DNA of 64,000 nt from an uncultured Candidatus Rokubacteria bacterium (GTDB lineage: Bacteria > Methylomirabilota > Methylomirabilia > Rokubacteriales > DASRDR01), in NCBI GenBank assembly GCA_963826115.1, contig CAWGVS010000005.1, forward strand, positions 1,632,001 through 1,696,000, given 5' to 3'. The translations under genes and the position numbers were made by a program. Shown here piece after piece: positions 8,862 to 18,138 of the stretch. Numbering within the stretch: the stretch's first letter is position 1; every line of letters starts with the position of its first letter. The notes under the pieces were generated by a model. The model did no database searches, was not told where the DNA came from, and saw nothing but the letters and a program-made list of their open reading frames with translations.

Positions 8862-9686
8862 ATGCCGTCCTCCGCGTCGCCCCGCATCGTCGTCGACAGG
8901 GTGACCAAGCGCTACTCGGGGGGCGTCGCGCTCGATCGGATCAGCTTCACCGTCGAGCCCGGCGAGTTCGTGGCCGTGATCGGCCGCTCCGGCGCGGGCA
9001 AGACGACGCTCCTCCGCTGCCTGGCCGGCTCGATCCCGGCCACGGAGGGCGCCGTCTCGATCGGCGCGTGGAGCCTCGCGACGCTGCGCGGCGCCCAGCT
9101 CCACGCCCACCGCGCCCGCGTCGGCATGGTCTTCCAGCAGTTCAACCTGGTGAAGCGCCTGCGTGTCCTCGACAACGTGCTGGTCGGGCGCCTCGGGCAC
9201 CTCCGCGGCTGGCGCCGCTGGGCGGCGCTGGGCCGCTGGTTCGATCGGGGAGAGCGCGAGCTCGCCCTCCGCTGCCTGGCTCACGTGGGCCTCCTCAACC
9301 GAACCTGGCAACGCGCCGACACGCTGTCGGGCGGCGAGCAGCAGCGGGTGGCCATCGCCAAGGTCCTGGCGCAGTCTCCGCTCCTGGTCCTGGCGGACGA
9401 GCCCATCGCGAGTCTCGACGTCGCCAACTCCGCCCTCGTCATGAGCACGCTCCGGAGCGTGGCCGCCGACACCGGCCTCACGGTGATCGCCACGCTCCAC
9501 CAGGTCGAGGCGGCCCGCCGCTACGCCGACCGCGTCCTCGGCCTCGCCCAGGGCCGGCTCGTCTTCGACGGACGACCCGCGGCGCTCGACCAGGCCGTCC
9601 TCCACGCCATCTTCGGGCCGGTGACGGACCCGCCCGAGCCCGTCGCGCTCGAGGCGACCGGCGAGCCCGCGTGGGCCGTGCCGTGA
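8862..9686 (+). CDS. phnC: Phosphonate ABC transporter ATP-binding protein
   Basis: GRSGAGKTT, FQQFNLVKRL, NVLVGRLG, LSGGEQQRV, ADEPIASLD. Confidence 0.9.
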   Translation: MPSSASPRIVVDRVTKRYSGGVALDRISFTVEPGEFVAVIGRSGAGKTTLLRCLAGSIPATEGAVSIGAWSLATLRGAQLHAHRARVGMVFQQFNLVKRLRVLDNVLVGRLGHLRGWRRWAALGRWFDRGERELALRCLAHVGLLNRTWQRADTLSGGEQQRVAIAKVLAQSPLLVLADEPIASLDVANSALVMSTLRSVAADTGLTVIATLHQVEAARRYADRVLGLAQGRLVFDGRPAALDQAVLHAIFGPVTDPPEPVALEATGEPAWAVP

Positions 9687-10498
9687 CGGAGGCCCTGGCC
9701 GCCCTGCTCCGCGGGCCAGCCCCGACGCCGCCGCCCGGCAATGCCGTGAGCAAGCGGAGCCTCCTGGCTGGCCTCCTGCTCGTCGTGGCGCTGGGCCTGG
9801 CCGCCCGCGTGGTGGAGCTCCGGCCCTTCGAGCTCCTGCGGGACGTCGGCAACATCGCCGCGTTCCTCAGCGGCTACATGCATCCCTCGCTGACGCACCT
9901 CGGCGAGTACGCCTGGCAGTGCGTGGTCACCCTGTGCATCGCGCTCTGGGGCACCGTGCTCGCCGTCTTCATCGCGGTTCCCCTCGGCCTCCTGGGCGCC
10001 CGGAACTGCTCGCCGCACCCGGTCGTCTACCACGCGGCGCGCCGGACCATGGACGTGCTGCGCGCGGTCAACGAATTCGTGTTCGCGCTGATGTTCGTGA
10101 CCGCCGTGGGGCTCGGCCCCTTCGCGGGCACGCTCGCCCTCGGCGTCCACACGGGCGGCGTGCTGGGCAAGCTCCTGAGCGAGACCATCGAGGCCACGGA
10201 TCCCGGCCAGGTCGAGGGGGTCGCGGCGGCAGGGGCCGGCTGGTTCCACGTCGTGAGCTTCGGGATCGTGCCCCAGATCATGCCGAACTTCCTGTCCTAC
10301 CTCCTCCTCCGCTTCGAGTCCGACATCCGGTCGGCCTCGGTCATCGGCATGGTCGGGGGCGGCGGGATCGGCTTCTACCTGTGGGACACGATCCGGGCCT
10401 TCAACGACCGGGAGGCCGCGACCGTGATCCTGCTGATCGTGGCGATGGTGATGTGCGTCGACGTCCTGTCGTCGCGCGTCCGACGACTGGCTATCTGA
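9683..10498 (+). CDS. phnE: Phosphonate ABC transporter permease
   Basis: AVGLGPFAGTLALGVHTGGVLGKL, RFESDIRSASVIGMVGGGGIG. Confidence 0.9.
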   Translation: MTEALAALLRGPAPTPPPGNAVSKRSLLAGLLLVVALGLAARVVELRPFELLRDVGNIAAFLSGYMHPSLTHLGEYAWQCVVTLCIALWGTVLAVFIAVPLGLLGARNCSPHPVVYHAARRTMDVLRAVNEFVFALMFVTAVGLGPFAGTLALGVHTGGVLGKLLSETIEATDPGQVEGVAAAGAGWFHVVSFGIVPQIMPNFLSYLLLRFESDIRSASVIGMVGGGGIGFYLWDTIRAFNDREAATVILLIVAMVMCVDVLSSRVRRLAI

Positions 10499-10524
10499 AC
10501 CCGAGACCCGAGGAGGCAGCCGTG

Positions 10525-11433
10525 ATGCGAAGCGCTCGCGCCCTGGTCCTGTTCGCGCTGACCCTGACCGTGGGCCTGGGGGCCCTGACTGGCCGGCCGG
10601 CCGCCGCCAAGGACCCCAGCTGGCCCAGCGAGGTGACGTTCGCCCTCCTGTCGACGGAGTCGGCGCCCGAGATCACCCGGCGATGGGGTCCGATCCTCGC
10701 CCAGCTCGAAAAGGACCTGGGGATCACGGTCAAGCACGTCGTGGCAAGCGACTATCGCGGCACGATCGAGGCGCTGAAGTTCAAGAAGGCCGAGATCGGC
10801 TGGCTCGGGCCGAAGGCCTACATCGAGGCGTCCACCAACAACTACGCGAACGTGGAGCCAGTGGCCCAGGTGCGGAACCAGAACGGATCGCTCGGCTACC
10901 GGTCGTGCCTGATCGCCCACTCGGACTCCGACGTGTTCACCCCGGAGGACATCGGCGGCAAGACCTTCGCGTTCAACGACCCGAACTCGACGTCGGGCTA
11001 CCTCGTGCCGATGACCTTCTTCCTGAACGAGCTCGGCGTCGACACGAAGAAGCACTTCTCCAAGGTGACGTTCTCCGGGTCGCACGAGGCGTCGATCCTC
11101 GCGGTGGCCAACAAGAAGGTCGACGTCGCCTCGACGAACCTGCCCGATCTCCAGCAGCTGACGCGCGAGGGCAAGGTGACCCGCGGCAGCCTCCGCGTCA
11201 TCTGGGTGTCTCGGCTCATTCCCAACGACCCCGTCGTCGTCCGGAAGGACCTCCCGGCGAGCCTCCGTTCGGCCATCCAGGAGTCCCTCGTCTCCATGAA
11301 GGACCGCGCGCCCGACGCCTTCGTCAACGCGGGCGCGTTCTTCGGCGGCGGCTTCGTGACAGTCGACGACTCGCGGTATCAGATCATCCGCGAAATGAAC
11401 GACGCCGCCAAGAAGCTGGCCGCGCAGAAGTAG
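10525..11433 (+). CDS. phnD: Phosphonate ABC transporter substrate-binding protein
   Basis: Signal peptide; STES, DYRGTIEAL, FNDPNSTSGYLVP, GSHEASI, IPNDP. Confidence 0.9.
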   Translation: MRSARALVLFALTLTVGLGALTGRPAAAKDPSWPSEVTFALLSTESAPEITRRWGPILAQLEKDLGITVKHVVASDYRGTIEALKFKKAEIGWLGPKAYIEASTNNYANVEPVAQVRNQNGSLGYRSCLIAHSDSDVFTPEDIGGKTFAFNDPNSTSGYLVPMTFFLNELGVDTKKHFSKVTFSGSHEASILAVANKKVDVASTNLPDLQQLTREGKVTRGSLRVIWVSRLIPNDPVVVRKDLPASLRSAIQESLVSMKDRAPDAFVNAGAFFGGGFVTVDDSRYQIIREMNDAAKKLAAQK

Positions 11434-11455
11434 CCGGGCCGCTTCCCAGAAACCG

Positions 11456-12550
11456 GTGACCCGCGAGGGGATCGCGGCGGTCTTCCGGGGCCCGGGCCGG
11501 GCCTCGGAGCTGGTCGCGTACCCCCTCCGGCCGCCCGATGCGGGCGAGGTCCTCGTCCGCGTGCGCCTCACGACCGTCTGCGGCTCGGACGTCCACGCCT
11601 GGACGGGCCGCCGCCACTGCCCCACACCGGCCATCCTCGGCCACGAGATCGTCGGCACGATCGAGGCGCTCGGCGACGGTGTCCGCCACGATCTGCTCGG
11701 GCGCATCCTCGCCGAGGGACTGCGCATCACGTGGACCGAGTACATCGCCTGCGGGCGCTGCGTCCCCTGCGCGGAGCTCGGCCTCCCCCAGAAGTGCGTA
11801 AGCGGACGGAAGTACGGGCACGAGAGTGCGATCGAGCCCCCGCATCTCTTGGGCGGCTTCGCCGCGTTCTGCTACCTCGTGCCCGGGACCGGCATCGCGC
11901 GCGTGCCGGACGAGCTGACCGACGAGGAGGCGGCGCCCGTCAACTGCGGTGTGGCCACCATGACGGCGGTGACCGAGGCGGCCGGCATCCGTCCAGGCGA
12001 CTCGGTGGTCGTTCTGGGCGCCGGGCTCCTGGGCCTCTACGGCGTGGCGATGGCGCGAGCCGCCGGCGCGGCCACGGTGCTGGCCGTGGACGCGGTGCCA
12101 GCCCGCCTACGGCTCGCCACCCGCTTCGGCGCCGACGCCACGCTCGACCGGAGCGACCTGCCGGCCGACGGCCTCGTCCCCTGGATCCGCGAGCACAACC
12201 GGCGAGGGGGCGCGGACGTCGTCATCGAGACCGCTGGCGCGCCGACGGCCCTGTCGGAAGGCATCCGGGGGCTCCGGCCTGGAGGCCGTCTCGTCACCGC
12301 CGGCCTCGTGGTCCCGGGCGCGATGGCCACCTTCGACGCGAGCGACATCGTGCGTCGGTGCGTCACGATCCGTGGCGTCCACAACTACGCGCCCCGGCAC
12401 CTCCTGGCGGCCCTCGATTTCGTCCGCGATCAGCGCGATCGGCTCCCGCTCGGGGAGCTGGTCGACGCGCGGTTCCCGCTCGCCGAGACCGACGCGGCGC
12501 TGGCCGCCGCGGCCTCGCGGCGCGCGCTCCGCCCGGCCATCATGCCGTAG
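11456..12550 (+). CDS. Zn-dependent alcohol dehydrogenase, phosphonate-catabolism-associated type (TIGR03366-like)
   Basis: CGSDVH, GHEIVG, CGRCVPC...C, KYGHE, NCGVAT, GAGLLG, RGVHNY; directly after phnD. Confidence 0.8.
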   Translation: MTREGIAAVFRGPGRASELVAYPLRPPDAGEVLVRVRLTTVCGSDVHAWTGRRHCPTPAILGHEIVGTIEALGDGVRHDLLGRILAEGLRITWTEYIACGRCVPCAELGLPQKCVSGRKYGHESAIEPPHLLGGFAAFCYLVPGTGIARVPDELTDEEAAPVNCGVATMTAVTEAAGIRPGDSVVVLGAGLLGLYGVAMARAAGAATVLAVDAVPARLRLATRFGADATLDRSDLPADGLVPWIREHNRRGGADVVIETAGAPTALSEGIRGLRPGGRLVTAGLVVPGAMATFDASDIVRRCVTIRGVHNYAPRHLLAALDFVRDQRDRLPLGELVDARFPLAETDAALAAAASRRALRPAIMP

Positions 12551-13110
12551 CACCGGGCCGGCTCCGGCCGGGGGCGGGGCCCGGACTCCAGCCGCGCGCC
12601 CACCGCGTAGAAGAGCGTCTCGAGCAGCGGCAGCAGGTGCCAGTCCGGATGGGGAAAGCGAACGGCCAGAAAGAGGCCCCAGATCGTCAGCACGGTCCCG
12701 AGGTACTGGGGGTGCGCGACCCACGAGAACGGAAAGGCGCGGCTCCAGGGGATCTCGTAGCCGAGCCGGTCGCCGAAGAACACCCCGGCGTAGCGAAGGC
12801 GGTAGAACACGCCCCAGTTCAGCACCTGGCCGATCGCGACCAACGCCCACGCCGTCGCGAGGACCGCGGGGGTCGGGGTCCACGGGCCGACGTGCCCATG
12901 GGTGTAGAACCAGAACGCGAAGGTCGCGCACTGCAGGATCTTGCCGACGGCGAAGAGCGCGGCGACGACCGCGACGGGCTCGCCGATCCAGGCGACCGCC
13001 GGCGTCGTGCACGCGCGGCGGAACGCCTGGGGATACCGGGCGATCCAGACGTAGCAGATCCGCTCGGGCGCGAGCAGTCCGGCCGCAACCAGGAGCGGCC
13101 AGGCCTCCAC
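12430..13110 (-). CDS. PEMT/phospholipid methyltransferase family membrane protein
   Basis: GQVLNWGVFYRL...GVFFGDRLG...FPFSWVAHPQYLG; the 3' tail overlaps the ADH gene, so the end is uncertain. Confidence 0.75.
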   Translation of the reverse strand: MEAWPLLVAAGLLAPERICYVWIARYPQAFRRACTTPAVAWIGEPVAVVAALFAVGKILQCATFAFWFYTHGHVGPWTPTPAVLATAWALVAIGQVLNWGVFYRLRYAGVFFGDRLGYEIPWSRAFPFSWVAHPQYLGTVLTIWGLFLAVRFPHPDWHLLPLLETLFYAVGARLESGPRPRPEPARCYGMMAGRSARREAAAASAASVSASGNRASTSSPSGSRSR

Positions 13111-13150
13111 GGATCCGCAGCCTCCCGGATGACGGGTTAGCGGCTCTCGA

Positions 13151-15415
13151 CTAGGCGCGCCCCAGGTATCGAGGCGAGTAGGCGATCAGATCGGTGACCG
13201 GGTCGGTGACCAGCTTCACGAACCACACGAGGGCCAGCCGGAGGCCGTGCGTCCAGAACAGGTACACGACGCGCCCGCCGACCACGATCCCGGTCCAGAT
13301 GAACCATTCGCGCGCGACGGCCCCCATCATCGAGCCGAACGTCTCTCCGGTCCAGGCGCGCGCCACCAGGTGAGCGACGGGAATCACAAGGTAGGTGGCC
13401 AGGATAGCCGTCTTGCTCGGGGTATTGAACCCGAGAAGCAACGCTTCCTTGTCGTGGCACGGCGGCTCCAGGACCGCGTGGCCGATCTGGCGCAGGAACA
13501 GGGCCGCCAGGCTCGCCCACATGGCCGTCGTGAGGTCCCAGAACGCCAGCAGGTAGGCGCCCAGGAACACGCTCGAGCTGACGATGTGGAAGGCCTGATT
13601 CACGAGATCGCTGTGCGACGCGTGATGATCGTCGCGCTTCCGTCGCATGACCTCCGCGTAAAAGCTCCGGACCGCCGCCGGAGGCTGGACCAGGTGCCGC
13701 CCCATCTCCCCCACGAGACGTCTCCGCATGGCACGCTCCCTCCCTGGGTGTTCGGCCGCGGTCGGCCACCAGCCGTCTGCCTTCATGGCCGCCGCGGCGT
13801 TGACGAGCTTCGCCTGGAGCTCCTCGTAATCCTTCGTCGTGTACTCCATGTTGCTGAGGCACCGCCCCGTGCCGACCCAGGTCAGCGTCACGCCCTGGGC
13901 CCGCAGGTAGTACTGGAGGAGCCAGTTGTAGCGGCTCGGCTCCGTGAACAGGACCGTCCAGATCGTGGCCAGGTGCGTCACCCGGAGCGGCAGCCCCGCC
14001 GCGTCCAGGCGACTGTTGGTCCCGAATGCCCAGTCCTCACAGCGCCGGTTCATCTCCGCGTACTGACCCGCCGTGGACGGCTCGGCCAGCCAGCGGAGGA
14101 ACTCGTTCATCGCGCCCATCACCACCGGATGGGCCGAGAAGGTCCCGACGACGTAGGCGACGCGCATCGGTCGCTCGGGGTCGAAGCGCCGCATCAAGAC
14201 CCCGCGCCCGCACACGACGCCGATCGGCATCCCGCCCGCGACCGTCTTGCCGTACACGACCATGTCCGCGCGCACGCCGAAGTACTCCTGGGCGCCGCCC
14301 GGGGCGAGCCGGAAGCCGGTGTAGACCTCGTCGAACACGAGCGGCACCTGGCACTCGTCGCAGACCTTTCGGAGCGCCTCGAGCCAACGCACGTAGGCCG
14401 CGGAGGACTCTTCCGTCTTCCGGATGCCGCTCGTCACGAGGGTCGCGTCGTTCGGCGGCGGCGCGTTCGGGTGGAAGCACTGCACGGGGTTGACGAGCAC
14501 TGCCGCGATCTCGCCCGCTCGGCGACGGATCACGTCGAGCGAACCCTGGTGCATGTCACGGAGCGTGAGACAGTCGTCGATCGGCCGCTCGCTCCCGAGG
14601 CCCGGCTGCACGCCGTCCCACCAGCCGTGGTACGCGCCCGCAAACGAGACAATCAGGCGCCGCCGCGTGTTGAAGCGCGCGAGCCGGACCGCGGCCATCA
14701 CCGCCTCGGTGCCGCTCATGTGGAAGGACACCTCGTCGAGACCCGACACGCGCTTCAGAAGTGCCACGTTCTCGGCCACCAGCGGATGAAGGGGCCCCAG
14801 CACCGGCCCGGTGTCGCGCACCCGCTCGAGCCCCTGGGACATCCACTGCTTGTACCGGGTGAAGCCCGCGACGTTCACTCCGTACGAGCCGCCCACGTCG
14901 AGGGTCCAGTTGCCGTCGAGGTCCCGCAACCGAGGCCCGTCGGACTCCGTCACGACCGAGGCGAGGTTGAATTGCTCGCGCATCAGGCCCGCGAAGGCCA
15001 GGGGAACCCGGGTCGCATCGGTGAAGCGGAGGTCCGAGAAGCTCCCGCGAAGCTCCTCCGCCCACGCGATCGACCGGGGGTACCGCGCCCGGAGCTCGGA
15101 CGCCAGCCGGTCGAGACCCTCTCGTCGCCGCGCGGCCCACGGCTCCCCGGCGCCGTCCGCGTCGAAGAAGCTCGCGGCGTCGTAGTGGCGCGCCTTGACC
15201 ACACGCGACAGGACGCGCGCCATCAGCGGGCTCCACGCCGTCGCCCTGAGCGTCAGCGCGACGTCGATCGCCTTCCGCGCGTAGCGCGCCGCGACGATCA
15301 GGCCCACGACCAACAAGGCCAGCAGGAGCCAGTCGCCGAATCCCGGGGCGCACCCGCTCCCCTGCCCGATGGACAGGCACCGCGTCCAGGTCTGCCACGC
15401 GTCAGTCCACATCAT
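13151..15415 (-). CDS. Membrane-anchored class III PLP aminotransferase fused to a C-terminal Mpo1/DUF962-like membrane domain
   Basis: N-terminal TM; SGTEAV, AYHGWWD, FDEVYTGFR, YGKTVAGG (PLP Lys), GTFSAHP; C-terminal SHSDLVNQAFH...RQIGHAVLE in hydrophobic helices. Confidence 0.8.
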   Translation of the reverse strand: MMWTDAWQTWTRCLSIGQGSGCAPGFGDWLLLALLVVGLIVAARYARKAIDVALTLRATAWSPLMARVLSRVVKARHYDAASFFDADGAGEPWAARRREGLDRLASELRARYPRSIAWAEELRGSFSDLRFTDATRVPLAFAGLMREQFNLASVVTESDGPRLRDLDGNWTLDVGGSYGVNVAGFTRYKQWMSQGLERVRDTGPVLGPLHPLVAENVALLKRVSGLDEVSFHMSGTEAVMAAVRLARFNTRRRLIVSFAGAYHGWWDGVQPGLGSERPIDDCLTLRDMHQGSLDVIRRRAGEIAAVLVNPVQCFHPNAPPPNDATLVTSGIRKTEESSAAYVRWLEALRKVCDECQVPLVFDEVYTGFRLAPGGAQEYFGVRADMVVYGKTVAGGMPIGVVCGRGVLMRRFDPERPMRVAYVVGTFSAHPVVMGAMNEFLRWLAEPSTAGQYAEMNRRCEDWAFGTNSRLDAAGLPLRVTHLATIWTVLFTEPSRYNWLLQYYLRAQGVTLTWVGTGRCLSNMEYTTKDYEELQAKLVNAAAAMKADGWWPTAAEHPGRERAMRRRLVGEMGRHLVQPPAAVRSFYAEVMRRKRDDHHASHSDLVNQAFHIVSSSVFLGAYLLAFWDLTTAMWASLAALFLRQIGHAVLEPPCHDKEALLLGFNTPSKTAILATYLVIPVAHLVARAWTGETFGSMMGAVAREWFIWTGIVVGGRVVYLFWTHGLRLALVWFVKLVTDPVTDLIAYSPRYLGRA

Positions 15416-15452
15416 GTGACCCCTCCTTGCCCGGTCCCGTCACGACGCCCGC

Positions 15453-16676
15453 TCACGCCCGCGCGACGGTCGCGCCGAGCCGCCGCGCGCCGCCGGAGTG
15501 GCGGGCGCGGGCGCTCCCGTTCCGCGCGCTCCCGAGAAATGCCTCGAACGCATCCACCACCGTCTCCCAGTCGAGCCCGAGGGCGACCTCGCGGGCGCGA
15601 CGGCGCATCCGCGCGAGAGTCGTCGGCTCCGCCGCGGCGGCGACCGCTGCCTGGATGAACGCCCGGACCTCGCCCCGCGGGACGAGCACGCCGGACTCGC
15701 CGGTCCGGAGGTGCGCGCCGGCCGCGGCGTAGTCGTAGGCCACCACCGCGAGCCCGCTCGCCATCGCCTCGAGGACCACGTTGCCGAAGGTCTCGGTCTC
15801 GCTCGGGAAGAGGAAGATGTCGGCGGACGCGTAGTGCGCGGCCAGCGGGACGCCCGTCAGCGCGCCGCAGAAGAGGACGTCCGGGTGCGCCGCCTGGAGC
15901 GTCGCCCGGATCGGTCCGTCCCCCACGACCACGAGACGCCGCGCGAGTCCGGCCCGCCGCATCGCGCGGAAGGCGTCGATCGCGAGGCCGACGTTCTTCT
16001 CGGCCGCGATCCGACCCACGTAGAGCGCGACGAGCTCGTCGATCCCGACGCCCCAGCGTGCGCGGAGCGAGGCGTCACGGCGCCCCGGGTCGAAGAGCCG
16101 GCAGTCGACGCCGCGGCCGAGAAGCGTCAGATTCTCGAATCCCGCCGCGCGGAGACGCCCCATCAGGTCGACGCTGGGCGCCAGTGTCCCCGCGGTGCGG
16201 TTGTGGAACTGGCGCAGGCCGGCGCCGATCGCTCGCGCGAGCCACCGCGCGCCGTAGTGGCGCGCGTAGTCCGGGAAGTTCGTGTGGTAGCCGCTGAACA
16301 CCGGAATGCCGAGGCGTCGCGCGGCGCCCACCGCCGCCCACCCAAGCGGCCCCGGGGTGGCAACGTAGACCGCCTCGGGGCGCCGCGCCGTCCAGGCTCG
16401 CCTGAGCCGGCGCCCGGCCGGCCAGCCGAGCCGCACGCCGGGATACCCGGGCATCGGCGCGCCCGGCACCAGGGTCGTGCCCGGCTCCCCGCTCGCGTCG
16501 CGCCACCGCAGAACGGGGCGCGGCCTCACGACCGAGACGACGTGGCCGCGGGCTCGCAGGGCCGCGGTGAGACGCCCGAGGGTCATGGCGACCCCGTTGA
16601 TCTCCGGCGGGTAGGTCTCGGTGACAATGCAGTAGGTCCGCAGTCCGGAGTCTCGGGCGCGCCCGTCGTCCGACAT
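15453..16676 (-). CDS. GT4 glycosyltransferase, Agt-like (diacylglycerol glycosyl/glucuronosyl transferase type)
   Basis: IVTETYPPEINGVAMTL, YHTNF, RGVD, YVGRIAAEKN, ETFGNVVLEAMASG. Confidence 0.85.
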   Translation of the reverse strand: MSDDGRARDSGLRTYCIVTETYPPEINGVAMTLGRLTAALRARGHVVSVVRPRPVLRWRDASGEPGTTLVPGAPMPGYPGVRLGWPAGRRLRRAWTARRPEAVYVATPGPLGWAAVGAARRLGIPVFSGYHTNFPDYARHYGARWLARAIGAGLRQFHNRTAGTLAPSVDLMGRLRAAGFENLTLLGRGVDCRLFDPGRRDASLRARWGVGIDELVALYVGRIAAEKNVGLAIDAFRAMRRAGLARRLVVVGDGPIRATLQAAHPDVLFCGALTGVPLAAHYASADIFLFPSETETFGNVVLEAMASGLAVVAYDYAAAGAHLRTGESGVLVPRGEVRAFIQAAVAAAAEPTTLARMRRRAREVALGLDWETVVDAFEAFLGSARNGSARARHSGGARRLGATVARA

Positions 16677-16726
16677 GTGATGGCTCGCGTGAGTGCATCG
16701 TCGCTGGAGGCCCGGTGGATCGACGC

Positions 16727-16764
16727 ATGAAGTGTCTGCTACCGAGCGATTGCCATCTCGTGTC
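16727..16764 (-). promoter_or_regulatory. Pho-box-like repeats upstream of the GT4-aminotransferase-PEMT operon
   Basis: Minus strand GACACgagatg GCAATcgctcg GTAGCagacac TTCAT, 11-bp period. Confidence 0.5.
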
Positions 16765-16792
16765 GGTCGTCGCGCGGGCCCGACGCGATCGT

Positions 16793-16819
16793 GTCACGCG
16801 TTCGTCACGTCGCTGCAAC
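16793..16819 (+). promoter_or_regulatory. Pho-box-like repeats
   Basis: GTCACgcgttc GTCACgtcgct GCAAC, then 10 nt, CACTCT, 7 nt and ATG. Confidence 0.7.
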
Positions 16820-16842
16820 GAGCCGGGTCCACTCTCCGGCCG

Positions 16843-17067
16843 ATGGCGGACGTGATCGCGGGAGGCGCGCTGGTGCTGGCCGTCGTGGGCGTCGTGATCC
16901 TGCTCGCCCTGGCGAGGCCCGCACGCTGCCGGGACTGCGGCGTCCGCGCCGTGGCCGCGGAGGAGTACGAGCTCTCGAGCACGCCGCGCGTGGTCGCGTT
17001 CGTCGAGCGCTGCCCTCGCTGCGGCGAGCTCGTGGCGCGCCGGACCGTCGGCGCCTGCCTGGACTGA
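16843..17067 (+). CDS. Small membrane-anchored CxxC...CxxC (zinc-ribbon-like) protein
   Basis: 74 aa: N-terminal TM, CRDC and CPRC. Confidence 0.6.
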   Translation: MADVIAGGALVLAVVGVVILLALARPARCRDCGVRAVAAEEYELSSTPRVVAFVERCPRCGELVARRTVGACLD

Positions 17068-17071
17068 CGCC

Positions 17072-17222
17072 GTGGCCCGCGACGATCTCGTGGTCCTCGG
17101 CAGCGGCCCGGCCGGCCAGACCGCGGCCATCGCCGCCGCCAAGCTCGGACGGAGGGTCGCTCTACCCGACCCTCGCGGAGACGTACGAGGTCGCGGCCCT
17201 CGACGGAATCAACCGCTGCTAG
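17072..17222 (+). pseudogene. sthA: Collapsed remnant of soluble pyridine nucleotide transhydrogenase (N- and C-termini only)
   Basis: DLVVLGSGPAGQTAAIAAAKLGRRVA joined out of frame to YPTLAETYEVAALDGINRC*. Confidence 0.7.
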
Positions 17223-17246
17223 CGCTCCGGGCGAGGCGGTAGGAAG

Positions 17247-18134
17247 CTAGGCCGGGCGCCGGGCGCCCGCGCCGTCGAGCAAGCCGGTCAGCAGCCGGCG
17301 GACCCAGACGCGGACCATCTCGCGGCGGTAGTCGGCGGAGCCCATCAGGTCGGAGAGCGGTGCGCACTCCGATGCCGCCGCCTCGGCGGCCTCGCGGATC
17401 GCCGCGTCGTCGGCGACGCGGCCACGAAGCCGGGCCTCCGCGCCGCGCGCCCGCATCGCGGTCGGGGCGACGCCGCCAAGCCCGATCCGGACGTCACGGA
17501 GCCGCCCCGAGGATCCGTCGGGCACGGCGACCGCGGCCACCCCCACCAGCGGCTTGTCCTCGTCCGAGCGCGAGCAGTACTTCACGTAGCCGCTCCGCGC
17601 GCCGGCGGGCAGCCGCGGAATGCGGAGCCCGACCACCAGCTCCCCCGGGGCGAGGGCCGTCGCGTAGAAATCGGTGAAGAAATCGGTGATCGGCACCGAG
17701 CGCCGGCCGCCTGGGCCGGCCACCGCGACCTCTGCTTCCGTGCAGAGGAGCGCGGGCGCGGGATCGGAGGCCGCTTCGGCATAGCCGAGATTGCCGCCCA
17801 CGGTGGCCGCGTTCCGGATGCCGGGCGTGGCCACCGATCCCGCCGCCTGGGCCAGGAGCGGCCAGTCCCGGCGCACCTCCGGCGTCCGCTCGAGCCGGGC
17901 CATGGTCACCATCGCGCCCACGGCGAGCTGGCCGGCCTCGGACCGGAGCTCGTCGAGCCCCGGCACCCGGTGGAGGGACACCACGCGGTCCGGCCGCACG
18001 AGGCCGAGACGCATCAGGGACAGGAGCGCGGTGCCGCCCGAGACCACGCGCGTCTCGCCTTCGGTCTCGCCGAGAAGTCCCCATGCTTCGTCGAGGGACC
18101 TTGGCGTGTGGAGCGCGAACGGCGGCAGGCGCAC
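17247..18134 (-). CDS. Molybdenum hydroxylase FAD-binding subunit (CoxM/XdhB-like)
   Basis: SGGTALL, IRNAATVGGNL, SDPAPAL, SADYRREM. Confidence 0.88.
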   Translation of the reverse strand: MRLPPFALHTPRSLDEAWGLLGETEGETRVVSGGTALLSLMRLGLVRPDRVVSLHRVPGLDELRSEAGQLAVGAMVTMARLERTPEVRRDWPLLAQAAGSVATPGIRNAATVGGNLGYAEAASDPAPALLCTEAEVAVAGPGGRRSVPITDFFTDFYATALAPGELVVGLRIPRLPAGARSGYVKYCSRSDEDKPLVGVAAVAVPDGSSGRLRDVRIGLGGVAPTAMRARGAEARLRGRVADDAAIREAAEAAASECAPLSDLMGSADYRREMVRVWVRRLLTGLLDGAGARRPA

Positions 18135-18138
18135 GCGG

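Noticed and set aside
13151-15415. Glutamate-1-semialdehyde aminomutase (hemL)
   Set aside because: Similar fold, but the TM anchor, the extra membrane domain and the lipid-gene context argue against heme synthesis
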